8,329 bases of DNA, taken from assembly GCA_000004985.1 (NCBI GenBank), contig GG739077.1; one strand, 5' to 3'. The position numbers and the translations under genes were made by a program. The number at the start of each line of letters is the position of its first letter. Position 1 is the stretch's first letter. A model generated the notes under the pieces. The model saw only the letters and a list, made by a program, of their open reading frames with translations. It was not told the origin of the DNA and did no database searches. Positions 7,321 to 8,329 of the stretch are shown in pieces. This DNA comes from Naegleria gruberi (lineage: Eukaryota).

Positions 7321-8329
7321 CCTTAACAATTGTGTCATTTCTTTTGATGTATCAACACAATAATGTGTATCACCATATTTTTCTTTAATAATTAAAATAC
7401 TTTCTATTAAGGTTAATATAATATTACTTTCAAACATTATTTTACAAATATTAACATGTTCAATTGCATTTTCTAAAATTAAATTCATAATTGAACATGC
7501 TCCAAATATTAAATTTAAAAAATTCTTTGAATAATTAATTTCTTCTTTTGAATTATTTAAATAATTTGAATTTTTAAAAAATTGTTTTAAAATAGTTTTA
7601 AATCTTCTCTTTCCTAAAACAATTACAATCATTGATAATCCTTGTATTGATCTATGTATTAACATTTCTGAAAATATTTCATTTTCATCTGGATATTGCA
7701 TTGCTATTTTAACCATTTCAACACTTTCTCTTACAACTCTAATATCTTCATCTGACAAATTCATAAATATTATATCTAATACTCTTGTTTCTCTTATTTG
7801 TTCAATTTTAATAGATTTGGATATTTCTTTTATCATTGAATATATTAATAATATTGATTGTGTTGATAATTCAATTGAATTTGCATTGTCATTTGTATTT
7901 GTATTATTTGTATTATTTGTATTTGTATTATTATTATTGTTCATATTGTTCATATTGTTCATATTATTTGTATTTGAAGGATCAAATGATTTTCTAAATT
8001 CTTCAGCTGATGCTAATTGATTTCTAGCAGTTTCAACAACATTAAGGAATGTAAATTTTGTGAATGGAAGTGATTGTTGTTTTGGAGTGGCTTCATTTTT
8101 AGGTGTTGTTAAACCTGGTTGAAATGAAATTGAAGAGGAGGGTGATTGAATTACATTTTTAGAAGTTGCAGCAGTTGAAGTAGTAGTGGTATTAGTAATG
8201 TGTGCAACATTTGGTGTTCTTGGAGACATTAAAAAATTACCAAATACTCTAGGTGAATTAAATATTGAACGTGGTGATGCAAAGGCATTCATTTCTTGTT
8301 GTTGAGTTTGTTGTTGCTGTTGTGAATTT
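7297..8329 (-). CDS. Uncharacterised N/T/M/Q-rich low-complexity protein, 5'-partial (frame open to the window edge), contiguous ORF; 3' end is either the stop at 7297-7299 or a splice at 7321
   Basis: The 331-aa ORF in the track starts at ATG 8292-8290, but the same frame stays open upstream to 8329 (…NSQQQQQTQQQE-MNAFASPRS…), so the true start lies outside the window. Dictyostelium-type codon usage. It carries an S/T/P-rich N-terminal part, a NNMNNMNNMNNNNNTNTNNTNNTNTNDN tract, then a hydrophobic/helical-looking C-terminal part (…EIFSEMLIHRSIQGLSMIVIVLGKRRFKTILKQFF…). No family recognised. Confidence 0.8.
   Translation of the reverse strand, partial: NSQQQQQTQQQEMNAFASPRSIFNSPRVFGNFLMSPRTPNVAHITNTTTTSTAATSKNVIQSPSSSISFQPGLTTPKNEATPKQQSLPFTKFTFLNVVETARNQLASAEEFRKSFDPSNTNNMNNMNNMNNNNNTNTNNTNNTNTNDNANSIELSTQSILLIYSMIKEISKSIKIEQIRETRVLDIIFMNLSDEDIRVVRESVEMVKIAMQYPDENEIFSEMLIHRSIQGLSMIVIVLGKRRFKTILKQFFKNSNYLNNSKEEINYSKNFLNLIFGACSIMNLILENAIEHVNICKIMFESNIILTLIESILIIKEKYGDTHYCVDTSKEMTQLLRVIYFYNF
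7890..7966 (-). repeat. Coding microsatellite: (tgtatt[a]tt)n followed by a 9-bp x3 repeat tgttcatat (7938..7964), encoding poly-N/T and NNM x3
   Basis: Read directly. The translation on minus is NNMNNMNNMNNNNNTNTNNTNNTNTNDN. Confidence 0.65.
8296..8322 (-). repeat. (TTG)n / CAA-CAG codon repeat encoding poly-Q at the upstream end of the minus-strand gene
   Basis: ttgttgttgagtttgttgttgctgttg on plus = QQQQQTQQQ on minus, in frame with the ORF and running off the window. Confidence 0.6.

Noticed and set aside
7817-8020. 67-aa plus-strand ORF antisense to the minus-strand gene
   Set aside because: It is generated by the coding microsatellite read on the opposite strand (poly F/V/L). The sense-strand ORF is far longer and has proper codon usage.

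Overview
This is AT-rich eukaryotic nuclear DNA that looks dictyostelid (Dictyostelium discoideum-like). Coding codons are dominated by AAT, CAA, GGT, TCA and TTA, there are poly-N/Q/T coding tracts, introns are short and more than 90% AT with GTATGT/GTAA donors, and intergenic DNA is about 90% AT. 55% of the window (2552..7146) is an assembly gap of Ns, and there is a second 50-N gap at 1244..1293. Real sequence supports the following. (1) 1..288 (+) is the 3' end of a heterotrimeric G-protein alpha subunit gene, with NKxD and TCAT-like G4/G5 boxes and an AATAAA just after the stop. (2) About 300..1520 is an unusual 35-40% GC, ORF-poor island containing a 19-bp tandem duplication; it is of unknown nature and could be a TE relic, a pseudogene or a ncRNA. 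(3) 1523..1772 is the AT-rich promoter/5'UTR and 1773..2490 (+) is exon 1 of a second, tandemly oriented G-alpha gene. This exon carries an MGLC acylation motif, a P-loop and switch I, and it breaks inside the DVGGQ codon run at a GTATGT intron that enters the big gap. (4) On the minus strand, 7297..8329 is a 5'-partial gene whose reading frame stays open past the window edge (poly-Q). It is an N/T/M/Q-rich low-complexity protein of unknown family. It has a probable 75-nt intron (7246..7320) and a downstream exon (7147..7245) that continues in frame into the gap. The two giant 'X' ORFs in the supplied track are artefacts of translating Ns. No prokaryotic-type features (CRISPR, operons, IS elements) are present.
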